DNA of 64,000 nt from Dictyostelium discoideum (GCA_000004695.1 CM000155.2:64001-128000); one strand, 5' to 3'; counted from the stretch's first letter, positions 14,789 through 29,708 are shown. Numbers and translations: made by a program. Notes: a model not told the origin generated them from the letters alone.

Positions 14789-16092
14789 ATGGTATGTGTA
14801 TAATTTTAAGTTTTATTAATAGAACTAATAATGATAAAGAAAAAATTAATTTGAAAATAAAAAATAATATGAGTGTTTATTATAAATAAACTCTTTTTAT
14901 TATTTAATTTTTTATTTTTTCATTTATTTATTTTTTTTTCATTATATATAAAAAAAAACTTCTTTAATGTTCTCAATTTATTAACACTTTTTTTTTTTTT
15001 TTTTTTAATTTCATTACCTTTATTTAGGCAGAAAAAGAACAAATTAAATTAGTCTTAGTTGGTGATGGTGGTGTTGGTAAAGTAAGTAAAAGAAGTTCGT
15101 AAAAAAAATAAAAAAATAAAAAAATAATAATAATAAAACATCAAATCATATTAATTTAATTCTTTCTTCTTTTTTTTAGACCACTTTTGTCCAACGTCAT
15201 CTTACTGGTGAATTCGAACCAAGATATATCCGTATGTATCCTTTTATTATTATTTTTTTTTTCTTACAAAAAAAAAAAAAAATAAAAAAAATAAGATTTA
15301 GCAATTGATCTCAAATTACAGAATATTTAATATTGGTTTATTTGGGTAGCAATATGTTTTTTTGTTAGTCAAAAGCTTATCACTTTACAATATTTAGGAA
15401 TCAAATTTTAACTGTTTTTTTTTTTTTTTTTCCTTTTTTTTTTTTCTTCAATAATATAGCAACTCTTGGTGTATCAGTCCATCCATTAATCTTCTACACC
15501 AATTTCGGTAAAATCCACTTCAATGTATGGGATACCGCTGGTCAAGAAAAATTCGGTGGTTTAAGAGATGGTTATTAGTAAGTTGAATATAAACACACTC
15601 ATCCATCATATGATCATTAACGAAATTAAATTACTAACTTTTTTATTTTTTAATTTTAATTTTTTTATTATTTTATATAGTATTCAAGGTAATTGTGCCA
15701 TTATTATGTTTGATGTCACATCCCGTATTTCATACAAAAATGTTCCAAATTGGCACTCTGATTTAACCAGAGTTTGTGAAAACATCCCAATCGTTTTATG
15801 TGGTAACAAAGTTGATGTTAAAGATCGTAAAGTCAAACCATCCCAAATTGTTTTCCATCGTAGATACAATTTATCATACTATGATGTTTCAGCCAAATCA
15901 AATTACAATTTCGAAAAACCATTCGTCTGGTTAACATCAAAACTCCTCGGTAACAAGGCTGTCACTCTCGTTCAACAACCAACCTTAAAATTACCAGAAA
16001 CCGTTCTCGATTCCAACTTAATGAGTTTATATGAAAAAGAAGTCGCTGATGCTGCTGCCCTCCCATTACCAGAAGACAATGATGACTTGTAA
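14789..16092 (+). CDS. ranA: GTP-binding nuclear protein Ran; 5 exons, first coding exon is the ATG alone
   Basis: Model: join(14789..14791,15028..15081,15180..15231,15460..15577,15681..16092). The spliced product is a full-length canonical Ran: [91 protein letters not shown]...[10 protein letters not shown]...[12 protein letters not shown]...LPEDNDDL. The ATG is followed immediately by a GTATGT donor. The other donors are GTAAGT, GTATGT and GTAAGT, all introns ending in AG. Confidence 0.93.
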
Positions 16093-16307
16093 ACAAATTT
16101 AAAAAAAAAAAACAATAAAAAAAAATAATAATAATAATAATAAAGCCAACAATAAATTTCAATAATCTCAATCCACCTAAATGCATAATAAACAAAAACA
16201 AAATATATAATATATATATATATATTTATATCTAAAAGAAAAAAAAAAAAAAACAATATTAAATATTAATTTATTTCGATCATAAAAAAAAAAAAAAAAA
16301 AGTATTT

Positions 16308-17780
16308 TTATTGAATACCATATTTTTTTATTGTATTATCATACCATCCCTTTCTAATTTGTTTATCTTTTTCTTTTAAATTTGACTTGAATATTTGTTT
16401 TGGATTTAAATCTAGTGGCCAAACAGGTAAATAGATTACTTTTTCAGGGTCATCAACAGTCATACCCTTTTTAAACATTTCAACACCAGCCCATGCAATC
16501 ATGGTTCCATTGTCATTACATAATTCGGGTCTTGGGAAATAGATTGGCAAATTATAACGTTTTCCAATATCATCTATTCTTTTTCTTAAATTATTATTCT
16601 TTGAAACACCTCCAGAAACTACAATTCCTTTTAGTGGTTCCCTTTTAATGATTTCTATTGCCGGAGGTTTACCACTTTTTGTTTTTGATGCTAATAATTC
16701 ATTTTTCTTTTGTTTTGGTGTTTTAAAATTATAATACCAATCTAATGACTTTTTAATTCTATGTTCTAAATGATTAAATGCAACATTTTGAAATGATGCT
16801 GCTAAATTACATTTATCAACGAATGATAATTCATTTTCATCTGTTATTAAATTATTTGTTTCTGTTGTTATTATTGTTGTTGTTGTTGTTGTTGTTGTTG
16901 TTTTTGTTGTTGTATTATTAGTTATTGATGATGATGAAGATGATTTTGATTTAATTTCTTTTACTAATCTTGCAAGTGAAGATTTTATACCAGAAAAAGA
17001 GAAATCACAATTATTTGAATCTTTCATTGGTAAAGTGAAATGATGACTATTTGGATCACCTTTTGAAGCTAAAATTTCAATAGCTTGACCGCCATGTATA
17101 TTCTCGATTAAAGATTGACCATCCCAAACTTGGCCATATGGACAACCCAAGATTCTTGCTGCTTTATCTAATGCTTCACCAATAGAATCATCCAATGTAT
17201 TGCCAATGAGTTGATATTTTGAAACATCATTACATATTAAAATTTGTGAATGTCCACCACTGACCAATACAATAAGAAATGGAAATTCAATTGAATGGTT
17301 TTCCATTCTAACCACTAAACTATGACCTTCCATATGGTTCACTGAACAGAATGGTTTTTTAAATTCTCTATACAATTGTTTGGCTTTGTTTAATCCAACT
17401 TCCAATGATTTACCCATACCTGGTCCCGTTGTAACCGCTATTACATCGATATCCTCCATTGTCATACCAGCTTTATCCAATGTTTTTTCAATGGCATTAT
17501 CAATCTCATTTTGATGTGCTTCAAATGCAATTGATGGTACAATTCCATTATGTACTTTATGTAATGACCATTGAGGTTTAGAATATTCTGCCATAATCTT
17601 TCCTTCACTATTTACAATGCCAATACTTGTATCATCACAACTAGTTTCAATACCAATAACATTAAATATTTTCTTATTATTAATATTATTATTATTAAGA
17701 CCACTGCCACTCATTTTACTATAATATTTTAGATTATTTTTATAAAAATTATTTTTAATTTTATAAATTGATCTTATCAT
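16308..17780 (-). CDS. osgepl1: tRNA N6-adenosine threonylcarbamoyltransferase, mitochondrial type (Kae1/TsaD family; Qri7/OSGEPL1 ortholog) with an internal Ser/Thr-rich insertion
   Basis: Single exon with a real ATG at 17780. It carries TsaD/Qri7-type motifs (IGIETSCDDTSIGIV ... VTTGPGMGKSLEVGLNKAKQL ... SVNHMEGH ... VSGGVSKNN). It is more like bacterial/mitochondrial TsaD than cytosolic Kae1. The N-terminus has a basic, presequence-like extension. A roughly 45-aa S/T-rich insertion is encoded partly by a (TTG)n/(ACA)n microsatellite. Confidence 0.88.
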   Translation of the reverse strand: MIRSIYKIKNNFYKNNLKYYSKMSGSGLNNNNINNKKIFNVIGIETSCDDTSIGIVNSEGKIMAEYSKPQWSLHKVHNGIVPSIAFEAHQNEIDNAIEKTLDKAGMTMEDIDVIAVTTGPGMGKSLEVGLNKAKQLYREFKKPFCSVNHMEGHSLVVRMENHSIEFPFLIVLVSGGHSQILICNDVSKYQLIGNTLDDSIGEALDKAARILGCPYGQVWDGQSLIENIHGGQAIEILASKGDPNSHHFTLPMKDSNNCDFSFSGIKSSLARLVKEIKSKSSSSSSITNNTTTKTTTTTTTTTIITTETNNLITDENELSFVDKCNLAASFQNVAFNHLEHRIKKSLDWYYNFKTPKQKKNELLASKTKSGKPPAIEIIKREPLKGIVVSGGVSKNNNLRKRIDDIGKRYNLPIYFPRPELCNDNGTMIAWAGVEMFKKGMTVDDPEKVIYLPVWPLDLNPKQIFKSNLKEKDKQIRKGWYDNTIKKYGIQ

Positions 17781-17886
17781 TTCATTGATTTAGATGATTT
17801 TATTATTAAATTATTATCTGTTTTTGTTTGAAAAATTTTTAGCAAAATAAATTAAAAAAAAAAAAAAAAAAGGGAAAACAAGAAAA

Positions 17887-17925
<39 letters not shown>

Positions 17926-18188
17926 AAAATACTAAAAATTTATAAAAAAATAACTAATTCAATATCTTTATCAAATAATTTGGGTTTGGCCTATTTTTTT
18001 TTTATTATTTTTTTTTTTTTTTTTTTTCCAATACCTAAAATGAAAAAAAAACGAATCGATTGAAGAGTTTCATTCAAATAAATGGAAAAAATTAAAAAAA
18101 ATAAAAAAAAAAATAAAAAATAAAAAAAAAAAAAAAAATAAAAAAAAAAAAATAAAAAAAAAAAAATTTAGTCGGTTTTTGGGACTTG

Positions 18189-18223
<35 letters not shown>

Positions 18224-18692
18224 TTATTGTGGAATTCCTCTGTATCTCTATTTATATATATTTTTTTTTTTTTTTCTTTTAAATATTTAATATCAAAGCA
18301 AACATATACCTTATTAAGTTTAAAAATGTAAGTTTTATATCAAAAGTAATAATTTAAAAAATGATATTTCCCCACCCATTCAATATTTTTCTATAGTGAT
18401 TACCATTTTTTTTTTATTCTTTTTTTTTTTTTATTTCATCACAATTAAAATAATAATTGGTATAAGATAAATAATTTTTTTTATTTATTTTTTATTTTTT
18501 TTCTTTATTTATTAATTTTTTCACTTATTATAATAATAACAATAATAAACCTTAATACTATTTACTAACGATTTTTTTTCTTTTTTTTTTTTTTTCTTTT
18601 TTTTTTTTTTAAATTTTTTATTATTTTTTATTATTTTTTTAAAATAAATTTACAAAAAAAAAAAAAAAAAAGCGAATAAAAAGAAAAACACA

Positions 18693-19028
18693 ATGAATCT
18701 CCAACCAATTACCGATCTCTTAAAAGCATTAAACTCTGGTAATACAACCACTATTCAACAAGCTGAACAACTTTATGCAGATTATAAAAATCATCAACCA
18801 GATCAATTGGTTAACAGTTTCATTGTTTTAATAAGAACTTCTCAAGATGAATTAGTATGTATTTAATTCTTTTTATTACTATAGATTTTATTTTAGAAAA
18901 TTTCAAATTGATAGCAATATGGGGGATTTTTAGTATTAAATAGAAAATGAAATCAAATAATAGTTATAATACAAAAAAAAAATAATAAATAGATCTTAAT
19001 AATCTAATTTATATCCTTTTTTTTTTTT

Positions 19029-19071
<43 letters not shown>

Positions 19072-20775
19072 CCCTACCAAATAATAAATAAATAAACAAA
19101 TCAAATAGCTAAGATCATATCCACCAGTTTTACTTAGAACATTAGTTAATGGTAATGATTCAGGTAACATTTTAAAGGGTTTAAAACCAGAAACACTTGT
19201 TACTTTAAAGACAGAGTTAATGTTTGCAGTTAGAGAAGAACCAAAGAATCATATTAGACATTCAATTCTCAATGTTATTGCAATTCTTGCAATTCAACTC
19301 GTTCCAGAACAAAAATGGCCAGAGATCTTAAGCTTCATCATTGAATCATCATCATCACCAGAAGAAAACCTCAGAGAATCATCATTCTATTTAATTGGTG
19401 CAATCATTGACGATTCTCGTGTTGCTGAAACACTCGCTCCACATTTTGATAAATTTGCTCTTTTAGTCGAAAAAGGTTTAAATGATCCATCAGCAAAGGT
19501 CCAAGTTTCTGCCCTTGAAACTGTCTCAACTTTTATTGATGCAAACCCTGAAAAAGCTGAAGTTTTCAAACCATTAATTCCAGCAATGTTAAATGTGTGT
19601 ATATTTTTTTTTTTTAAAAATTTAAAAGATATGGTGATTTAACTTTTTTTTTTTTTTTTTCTTTCTTTCTTCTTCTTTATTTTCCCAGACCATTCAAAAA
19701 ACCATTGAATCAAACCTCGAAAAAGAAGCCCAAAAAGGAATTCTTACATTTATCATTATCGCACAATACCACTCTGATTGGTTCAAGACCAACTTTGATA
19801 TGATCTTTAAAGTATTTTTCCAATTCCTTGAACATCAATCACTCGAAGATGAAACTAAACATGCATGCTTACACTTTTTCCTTACTTTTGCCGAATTCAA
19901 ATCAAGTATCATGAAGAAAAAGTTATATTTAGAACCAATTGTTTTACTCTTATTAAAATGGATGTCAAGTGTTGAAGATATGGATCTTAAAGATTGGAAT
20001 TCTTTAGTAAGTTTTTTAAAATCATTTATTGTTGTTGTTATATTTTCTTTATTAATAATAAAAAAAAAAAAAACAAAACAAAATTATAGGATACAGAACC
20101 ATCAGATGATGACGATAGCAATGTTGCATTTGAAGCTATTGAAGCATTATCACATTGTGTCAGTAAAGGTTTATGGGAATTCTTTTTACAATGTGCACCA
20201 ACTTTACTCAACTCTGGTAATTGGAAAGAACGTTATACTGGTTTAATGACCCTTTCAAGTATTTCAGAAGGTTGTGAAAAACAAATCAAAACAAATTTCA
20301 AACTTATTATTCAGTATGTACTCATCAGAATCATCATATAGTTTTTAAAGAGAAAGCTAATAATTAATTAATTTTTTTATTATTATTATTATTTTAGATC
20401 AATCCTTCCATTAGCAAATGATTCACATCCACGTGTTCGTTTCGCATTTTTCTATTGTTTAGGTTCATTTGCATCATACCTTAAACGTGAAATGCAAGAT
20501 TTATACAAAACTTTAATTCCAGTTTCATTAGAACATCTCAATGACCCATTCCCAAGAGTTACCATTTCAAATTGTGAATTTTTAACATTATTCCTTGATG
20601 AAATTAAACCAAACAGAGTCAAAGAATTCAAAGATCAATTCTTAGGAAGATTATCACCACTCTTACAAAATGAAAACTACAAAATCGTTCAACATTCTTT
20701 GAATGCTTTCTCATCTGTTGTTGATGGTATTGGTGAAGAATTTACTCAAGTAAGTTAAATTTCATTTTATCAAAT

Positions 20776-20843
<68 letters not shown>

Positions 20844-22689
20844 ATATTGTTATTGGTGTGAATTATCATTATTGTTGTTTTAATTAAACACTAGTGTTAT
20901 TAACATTTATTTTATTTTAAAATTTATAGCATTACTCTGAAATTATGCCATTTTTAATTAAAATCCTCAGAACTCAAACATCAGTTGAAACTAAAACACT
21001 CCGTGGTAGAGCCATTGAAACCATCTCTTTAGTAGGTCTTGCTGTAGGTAAAAAAGTATTTTTAAATGATTGTATTCAAATCATTCAATACGTTTCATCT
21101 TTAGAGAAATTCAAAGATGACGATCCACAAGTTGATTTCTTTTTAAGAGCATTCACTCGTTTCGCCCAATGTCTTGGTGAAGATTTCATTCCATACCTTA
21201 AATACTCTATGAGTCCATTAATGGATGCTATCAATGGTAAAGTTGACAGTTCCGTTGAAAATGGTGAAGATTTTAGTGATGAAAGTGTAAGTGTGACCCA
21301 TTGTTTATTATTAATTATTATTTTTTTGGAAAAAAAAAAATTATTAAAATTTTTATTTTTTTTTATTTATTTATTTATTTATAGAATAACTCTGGTTCAA
21401 TTGTTATGGAAAATAAAGCAATGGCATTAGAAATGGTATCAATTTATGCAATGGAATTAAAACATCATTTATTCCCATATGTCGAACAATTATATAAAGG
21501 ATCAATTGAATTAGTTGATTTCCCATTTAGTAGTTTAGTTGCAATTCAAGCAGTTAATCTTATTCCATTTTTGGTAAAGATTTCAAAACAACACTTTGAA
21601 GCCGTTGGTGGCCTTAAAGATGGTATGAAAGCTGAATTCACCAGTAGATTATTCTTGGATTCATATGAACGTATGGCTGCTTCCATTAAAACTGAATCTG
21701 AACCAGATACCCTCTCTGCTAAATTAAAAGCATTGTCTGATCTCATGGATATTGGTGGTCAATGTGAACAAGCTGATAGAATTCTTAGTCTCACCTTTGA
21801 AGTTGCCAATGAATCTTTCGGTACCCTCCAAGAGTTGGAAACTGAATATCAAGAAAATATCGATGAAGAGGATGAAGATGCTGATGAATCACCAGAAAGA
21901 GAGATCATTGATGATGCCTACAATAGTTTAGCAATGGTATTGGGTGAAGTTTGCATTCAATTCAAAGAAAAAGCCGTCCCTTACATTGCTACCGTCTTAC
22001 CAGCCATGATTGAACTCATTGAAACTGCTCCATCCGTTGAAATTAAAACCTCTATGATTTGCATTCTCGATGATCTCATTGAAAATGGTGGTCAAAAAGC
22101 TTTTGAACTCTATCCACACATCATTAAGCCAATGATGAATTGTACCTTACCAAATCTTGATCCATCACTCATACAAAGCGCTGTTTTTGGTATTGGTTTG
22201 GCCGCTGAAAATGGTAAAGATTATTTCACTCCATTCTTAATGGAATCACTTCAACTCATCAACAACGTCATTGTCTCTGTAAATAGTGTTCAAGAGCAAG
22301 ACGATGATTTAATTGCTGCTAGAGATAACGCAATCTCTGCTATGGGTAGAATCATCACAAATCTTCCACAACATTTAGGTAACAATTTCCCACAAACTAT
22401 TGCCCTTTGGTTAAGTTATCTCCCAATTCAAGATGATGGTGAAGCAGGTTCAATCATTAAATCTTTATGTACTTTGATTCGTGACTTTAGTCAACAAATT
22501 ATGACCCAACAATATATCGTTAAAGTTTTGGAAATCATTGCCGTAGGTCTCCATAAAAAAGCTGTCAACCCTGATGATAAACAAATCATCTCTTTGGCTC
22601 TTCGTTCTCAAGAATCTTTAGTCGCTCAATCCCTTTTCCAATTATCTGCTGAAAACCAAGCTATCCTTGCAAACTTTTTCAAAAATTAA
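18693..22689 (+). CDS. Importin-beta family nuclear transport receptor (importin-5 / RanBP5 / Kap121-Pse1-like); 7 exons
   Basis: Model: join(18693..18854,19109..19594,19689..20006,20090..20313,20398..20749,20930..21286,21385..22689). The N-terminus, MNLQPITDLLKALNSGNTTTIQQAEQLYADYKNHQPDQLV, is an importin N-terminal domain. HEAT-repeat blocks follow (LRSYPPVLLRTLVNG ... KWPEILSFIIESSSSPEENLRESSFYLIGAI ... CAPTLLNSGNWKERYTGLMTLSSISEGC). Donors are GTATGT, GTGTGT, GTAAGT, GTATGT, GTAAGT and GTAAGT. Intron 5 contains a pure (CAT)21 run. Confidence 0.82.
20781..20843. repeat. (CAT)21 microsatellite inside importin-beta intron 5
   Basis: Direct reading shows a pure catcat... run. The flanking GTAAGT donor (20750) and TTTATAG acceptor (20929) define the intron. 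Confidence 0.9.
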
Positions 22690-23605
22690 ACATTGAAAGG
22701 AAAAAGAATAATAAAAAAAAAAAAACAAAATTTAAAATAAAAGATAAAAAAAATAATAAAATAAAAATTTCATTTGTGTAGTTTATTAATTTCATTGGTT
22801 TTTAAATAAAAATAATTTAAAAATTTTAATTAAAAATAATAATTATAATAAAAACAAAATGATCAGATCATTTTAAATTTTATGAATAAAATTTTTTTTT
22901 TTTTTTTTATTTTCTTATTTTTTTTTTTATTCAAAAATAGCTATTAAATGACTTCCTTATGAAATAATATCATGGAAATTGGTCTTAGAGGGGTTTTGGT
23001 TAATCTCAAGGAAAAAAAAAAAAAAAAAAATCAATTATTGACACAAAGGTATGAGTTTCTTCATAAACGACCAATTTTACAATTTAATAATTAAAAAAAA
23101 AATAATTAAAATTAATAAAATAAAATTTATTATTAACCACCTAAAAAAAAGAAAAAAATTATCTTTGTGTAAATTTACACACAAGAAGTGACTTTACGAT
23201 AGCCAATGGAATCTCTTTTTGATTTTTTTTTTTTTTCCAAAAAAAAAAAATCTTTTAAGATTTATTCTCAATGAATAAAGGTACCAACCACTGTTGTAAA
23301 AAATTTTTTATAAAAAAAAAAAATAAAATAAATTTAACCCCAACACAGTTTTTTTTTTTTTTTGATAAATTTGCAGATTTAAAAAAAAAGTTTGATTAAC
23401 AATTTTATTTTTATTTTTTTTATTTATTTTTTTTTTTTTAATAAATTTATTTTTTCATTTGATATATTTTCCAAATCTTTTTTTTATTTTTTTATTATTT
23501 TATTTTATAAGCTTTGAAGGTAAGAAATTTAATTAAATAAATTTTTAAAATCTTAATAAAAATTAGTGTTAATTTTTTTTTAAATCTTTTTTTTAATAAT
23601 AGAAA

Positions 23606-23911
23606 ATGAGAGAATTTTTAAAAGATGATTATGATGTAATAGTTTGTGGTGGTGGTCCAGTTGGTATGTTAATTAATTTTTAATTTTATTCATTTATTTT
23701 TGTTATTAATGAAAAAAAAATAATAATAATAATAAAAATAATAATTATAAAAATAATAATAATTTAGGTTTGGCTACTGCATACAGATGTGCCAAAGCTG
23801 GAAAGAAAGTACTTTGTCTCGAAAAATCAGTATTCTTTAATGGAGGTGGTAGTAGTGGTGATGTTGTTAGAATGTTACGTACAATGTACACTGAAGATTA
23901 TGTAAAGTGTT

Positions 23912-23957
<46 letters not shown>

Positions 23958-26900
23958 GAAATAAATAAAATTTAAAATTGTACTAATAAATTTACTTTAT
24001 TTTTAGATGGCCGATTTAGCACATGAAACCCTTGGACTCTGGAAAGAACTTGGTGATGATGCTGGTGAAGGTGATTTAGTTTGGATGACAGGTCTCCTAA
24101 ATTTTGGTGATCCAAATTATGGTGCAGGTGGTCCAGAAGGTACTTTATTAGGACCAATTCCAAATTTAGAGAGATTGGGTATGCAATACAAAGTGTTAAC
24201 TGCTCAAGAAATTATGGAAGAGTATCCATTTAGAAACATTCCATCCAATCACCAAGGTGTTTTTGCTCCAGACAATGGTGTTATCAATTTACCATTGGTA
24301 TTACGTTCTCTTTACAAGTTATGTTTACAATATGGTTGTAAAATGGTAAGCCATGCAGAAGTTAAACTTATTAAAAATCTTAGCACAACAATGGTTGAAA
24401 TTGAAGTTGAACACACCGATGTTGACCAAAAAAATAAACAATCCTTCAAAGTTAAAAGTAAAAAAGCTGCCATTACCAGTAATAGTTTCTGTAATCATAT
24501 TATTAAACCATCATTTGGATGGGAATTAGATATGACCATTTGGGAAATGACTTCAAGTTATTTCGTTGCAAAACCAGGTCCAAATGCAACTGGTAAGTTT
24601 GTTTTATCTATATATTAGTTTATTTATGTATTTTTTTATAAAATTTATTAATATCTTTTAATTTAATTTTTAGTTTTCAAAAGTATGTGGTTCAATTTCC
24701 AAAATGATACTGATAATGACCCAACAAAATCAAATTTATACTACGGTTTCCCAGCTGTACCATGGATGACTGATAACCATTGTAGAATTGCATTGGATGC
24801 AGCATTACGTCAAATTAAAGATCCAAACGATCGTCATGATGGTGTTGAAACTCATGATGTTAATCGTACTCGTGACTGGGTTAGAGAACATATTCCAGGT
24901 GTTGACGATACTCCACTCTTTAACGTTAGTGCACTCATGGCAAATGTTTATGATAATATGTTTGTTTTAGATTTTATCCCAGAAACTAATAATAACGTTG
25001 TCATGTTTGCATGTGGTTGGGCTATGAAATTTATTCCATTATTAGGTAAAATTCTCAGTCAATTGCTTGATGAAGGTAAAACCCAATATCCAATCGATCA
25101 TTTTGCATTAAATCGTGGTAATGGTGCATTAATTATCAAAGAAGGTCAAACACCAAAGTCTGTTAATAGCCAAGTTAGAGCACCACGTTATACCTCTATG
25201 CATTGTAAACCATTAACTATTGCCAAATCAACTGTACCAACAAATCAATCATCAAATCCAGATGGTGCTTCTTCAACTGCTCCAACTCAATCTTTAAGAT
25301 CATTGTTTGCTAGCAGACTTTTACAAAGAAGTGTTGGTATGGAAGCTAAATTCCATTCAATCATTGCCAAGAATAGAAGCAAACGTTCAACCAAAGCCTC
25401 TCAAAAGGATTTGACCGTTGGTATTATCGGTGCTGGTATGGCTGGTTTATATGCAGCTATGATTCTCCAAGATTTAGGTCTCCAATATAACATTTTGGAA
25501 GCCAATAAAGAGAGAGTTGGTGGTAGAATCTACACCTATAGATTCCCACAAAATCAAGATAAATATCAAACCGTTGAACTTGGTGCAATGAGATTCCCAA
25601 AGATTGAAATTATGGATAGACTCTTAAATCTTGATAAACCTTGGTCACTCTTTTCCAAATTAGAAAAAGCTGGTCACAAAATCCCAACCATCCCATATCA
25701 TCTCACAGTTGATAACAATTTGGTTTATTACAATGGTAAGAGAATCTTTGCCAATACCTTGTTGAATGATGATCCACTTTACTTTAGTGATACTCACAAT
25801 GGCGGCCCAGGTACAGCTGTTCCAGACAAGTATACCTATCAACCATATGGTGACTTATTGGATGCCGTTTATAAGAAATTCTCTGATGACTTGGAAAATG
25901 ATTTCGAAAGTGGTTTTGAAACCCTCTTAAAATCAGATAACTATTCAACCAGAGCTTATTTATTCGAAAAAGGTCCATATCCACAATCAGTTGTCAACTA
26001 TCTTGAAACTATGGACACTGGTACAGGTTTATATGATATGGCATTCTCTGAAACCATTATGGATTATTTCGATTTCAGTGCAGGTGATGAATGGTTATGT
26101 ATTGATGGTGGTACAGATATTATTGTCAATTCTATGGTTAAAACTTTAAGACCAGGTTGTATTGAACAAGGTAAAGTTGTAACCAAAGTTTCTAGAGTAG
26201 TAGGAAAGAGTGGTGATGTTAGCAATTTGAAAGTTGATTTCCTCGATGGAACTGAAGGTCGTTTATTCAAACATGTCATTAGTACTGGTACATTGGCATC
26301 ATTACGTAGAGTTGATTTAAGTGATTTGAAATTATCGCACAATAAGAGAACTGCAATTCGTTCTCTTCATTATGATCACTCTGTAAAGATTGCCCTTTCT
26401 TTCAAATCAAGATGGTGGGAAGATTCCAAATTCATGAATGGTAAACCAATGCTCGGTGGTAAATCATCAACAGATCTTCCAGTTCGTACCATCGTCTATC
26501 CATCCTATGGTATTGGTCAACCAGGTGTTAGTGGTGTTTTAATCGTTTCTTACACTTGGAGTTTAGATGCATCCAGAATTGGTAGTTTGGTTGGTGATAG
26601 ACCAAGTGAAGAGGTCTTAATCAAATTATGTATGGCCAATCTTGCTGAAGTTCACAATGTTCCAGTCGCTACCCTCCAACAATTATTTGTTGATTACAAA
26701 TGTTGGGATTGGTATAATGATGATTATTCATCAGGTGCATTTGCTCTCTACAGTCCATCACAATTCTCTCAATTGTTCCCATCACTTACTAAACCATCAC
26801 CAGATGGTAGATTCCATTTAGCTGGTGAAGCAACATCTGTTCATCATGGTTGGGTCATTGGTTCTCTTAACTCTGCCTATCGTTCAGTCGATCACATTCT

Positions 26901-27138
26901 TCAAGTTGAAGGTCTTGATGAGTTACGTGCCAAATTACGTCTCAATTGGGGTTTCATCGATGAAGTTGAAGATCCTCAAGATGATCAACAATATGTTGAC
27001 CCACATCACAATTTAAGTGGTCCAAATGCTAAAAAATTCAGATCAAATGTATCACAAGTTGCCATTCAACCAAGATTCAAAGCTCCAAGAAACTTTAAAC
27101 CAAGAAATACTGCTGCTAGTATTGGTGGTCTTAAATAA
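23606..27138 (+). CDS. Two-domain flavoprotein oxidase: N-terminal monomeric-sarcosine-oxidase/DAO-family domain fused to C-terminal L-amino-acid oxidase / flavin amine oxidase domain; 4 exons
   Basis: Model: join(23606..23663,23768..23901,24007..24592,24674..27138). The N-terminal part (MREFLKDDYDVIVCGGGPVG|LATAYRCAKAGKKVLCLEKSVFF...; ...FACGWAMKFIPLLGKILSQLLDEG) is MSOX/PIPOX-like with a GxGxxG dinucleotide fold. After an S/T/Q-rich linker (about 25200-25400) there is a second Rossmann motif with the LAAO/MAO-family signature (LTVGIIGAGMAGLYAAMILQDLGLQYNILEANKERVGGRIYTYRF). The amine-oxidase C-terminal FAD-contact motif is also present (FHLAGEATSVHHGWVIGSLNSAYRSV). The 2.46 kb of exon 4 stays in one frame across both domains. 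Donors are GTATGT, GTAAAG and GTAAGT. Confidence 0.75.
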
Positions 27139-27315
27139 ATCAAAACCAATTGTCATTTATTAAATGAATTTTTTTTTTTTTAGAAAAAAAAAATAATAAT
27201 AGTAATAATAAAAAAAGTAATAATAAAAATAGTAATAATAATAATAAAAACAAGGAAATTTACAAAAAAAAAAAAAAGTATTAATAAAAATTAAAAAATT
27301 ATAACATAGTTGATT

Positions 27316-27348
<33 letters not shown>

Positions 27349-27357
27349 TATTTTATT

Positions 27358-28992
<1,635 letters not shown>

Positions 28993-29100
28993 ATTATATA
29001 TAAATATTTTATAAACATATGTTAGATTGAAATAATATATAGATTTACTGTAAATCGATTTGGTTTCGCTGTGTTGTTGTGTGTATACTGTTGTTAATCT

Positions 29101-29240
<140 letters not shown>

Positions 29241-29658
29241 GATATTATTATTATTAATATCATCTTTTTAATATAACTAATTCTTTTATTTTATTTTTAA
29301 AAAACTTTTTATTATTATTTATTGCATTTTATTAAAAAAAAAAAAAATTATTATAATTATATTATTTTTCGATTTATTGGTGAATTTTATTTTTTTTTTT
29401 ATTATTTTTTTAATTATCATTATTTTGTTCTAGTTATCGATATGTTATTTTTTTTTTTTTTTTATTTTTAGAAAATTTTTTATAAATTTACAGGTAAGAA
29501 TTTTTTGGTGCAAAAACTTCTGTTTATTGAAACCACTCCTCTAATTGAGGGTGTAAGTTTGGATAATGACTTTAACATATTTTATTCTATTCTATTTATA
29601 CACAACCAAACAACAAACAACAAATTGAATCGACTGAAATGAAAAAAAAAAAAAAAAA

Positions 29659-29708
<50 letters not shown>

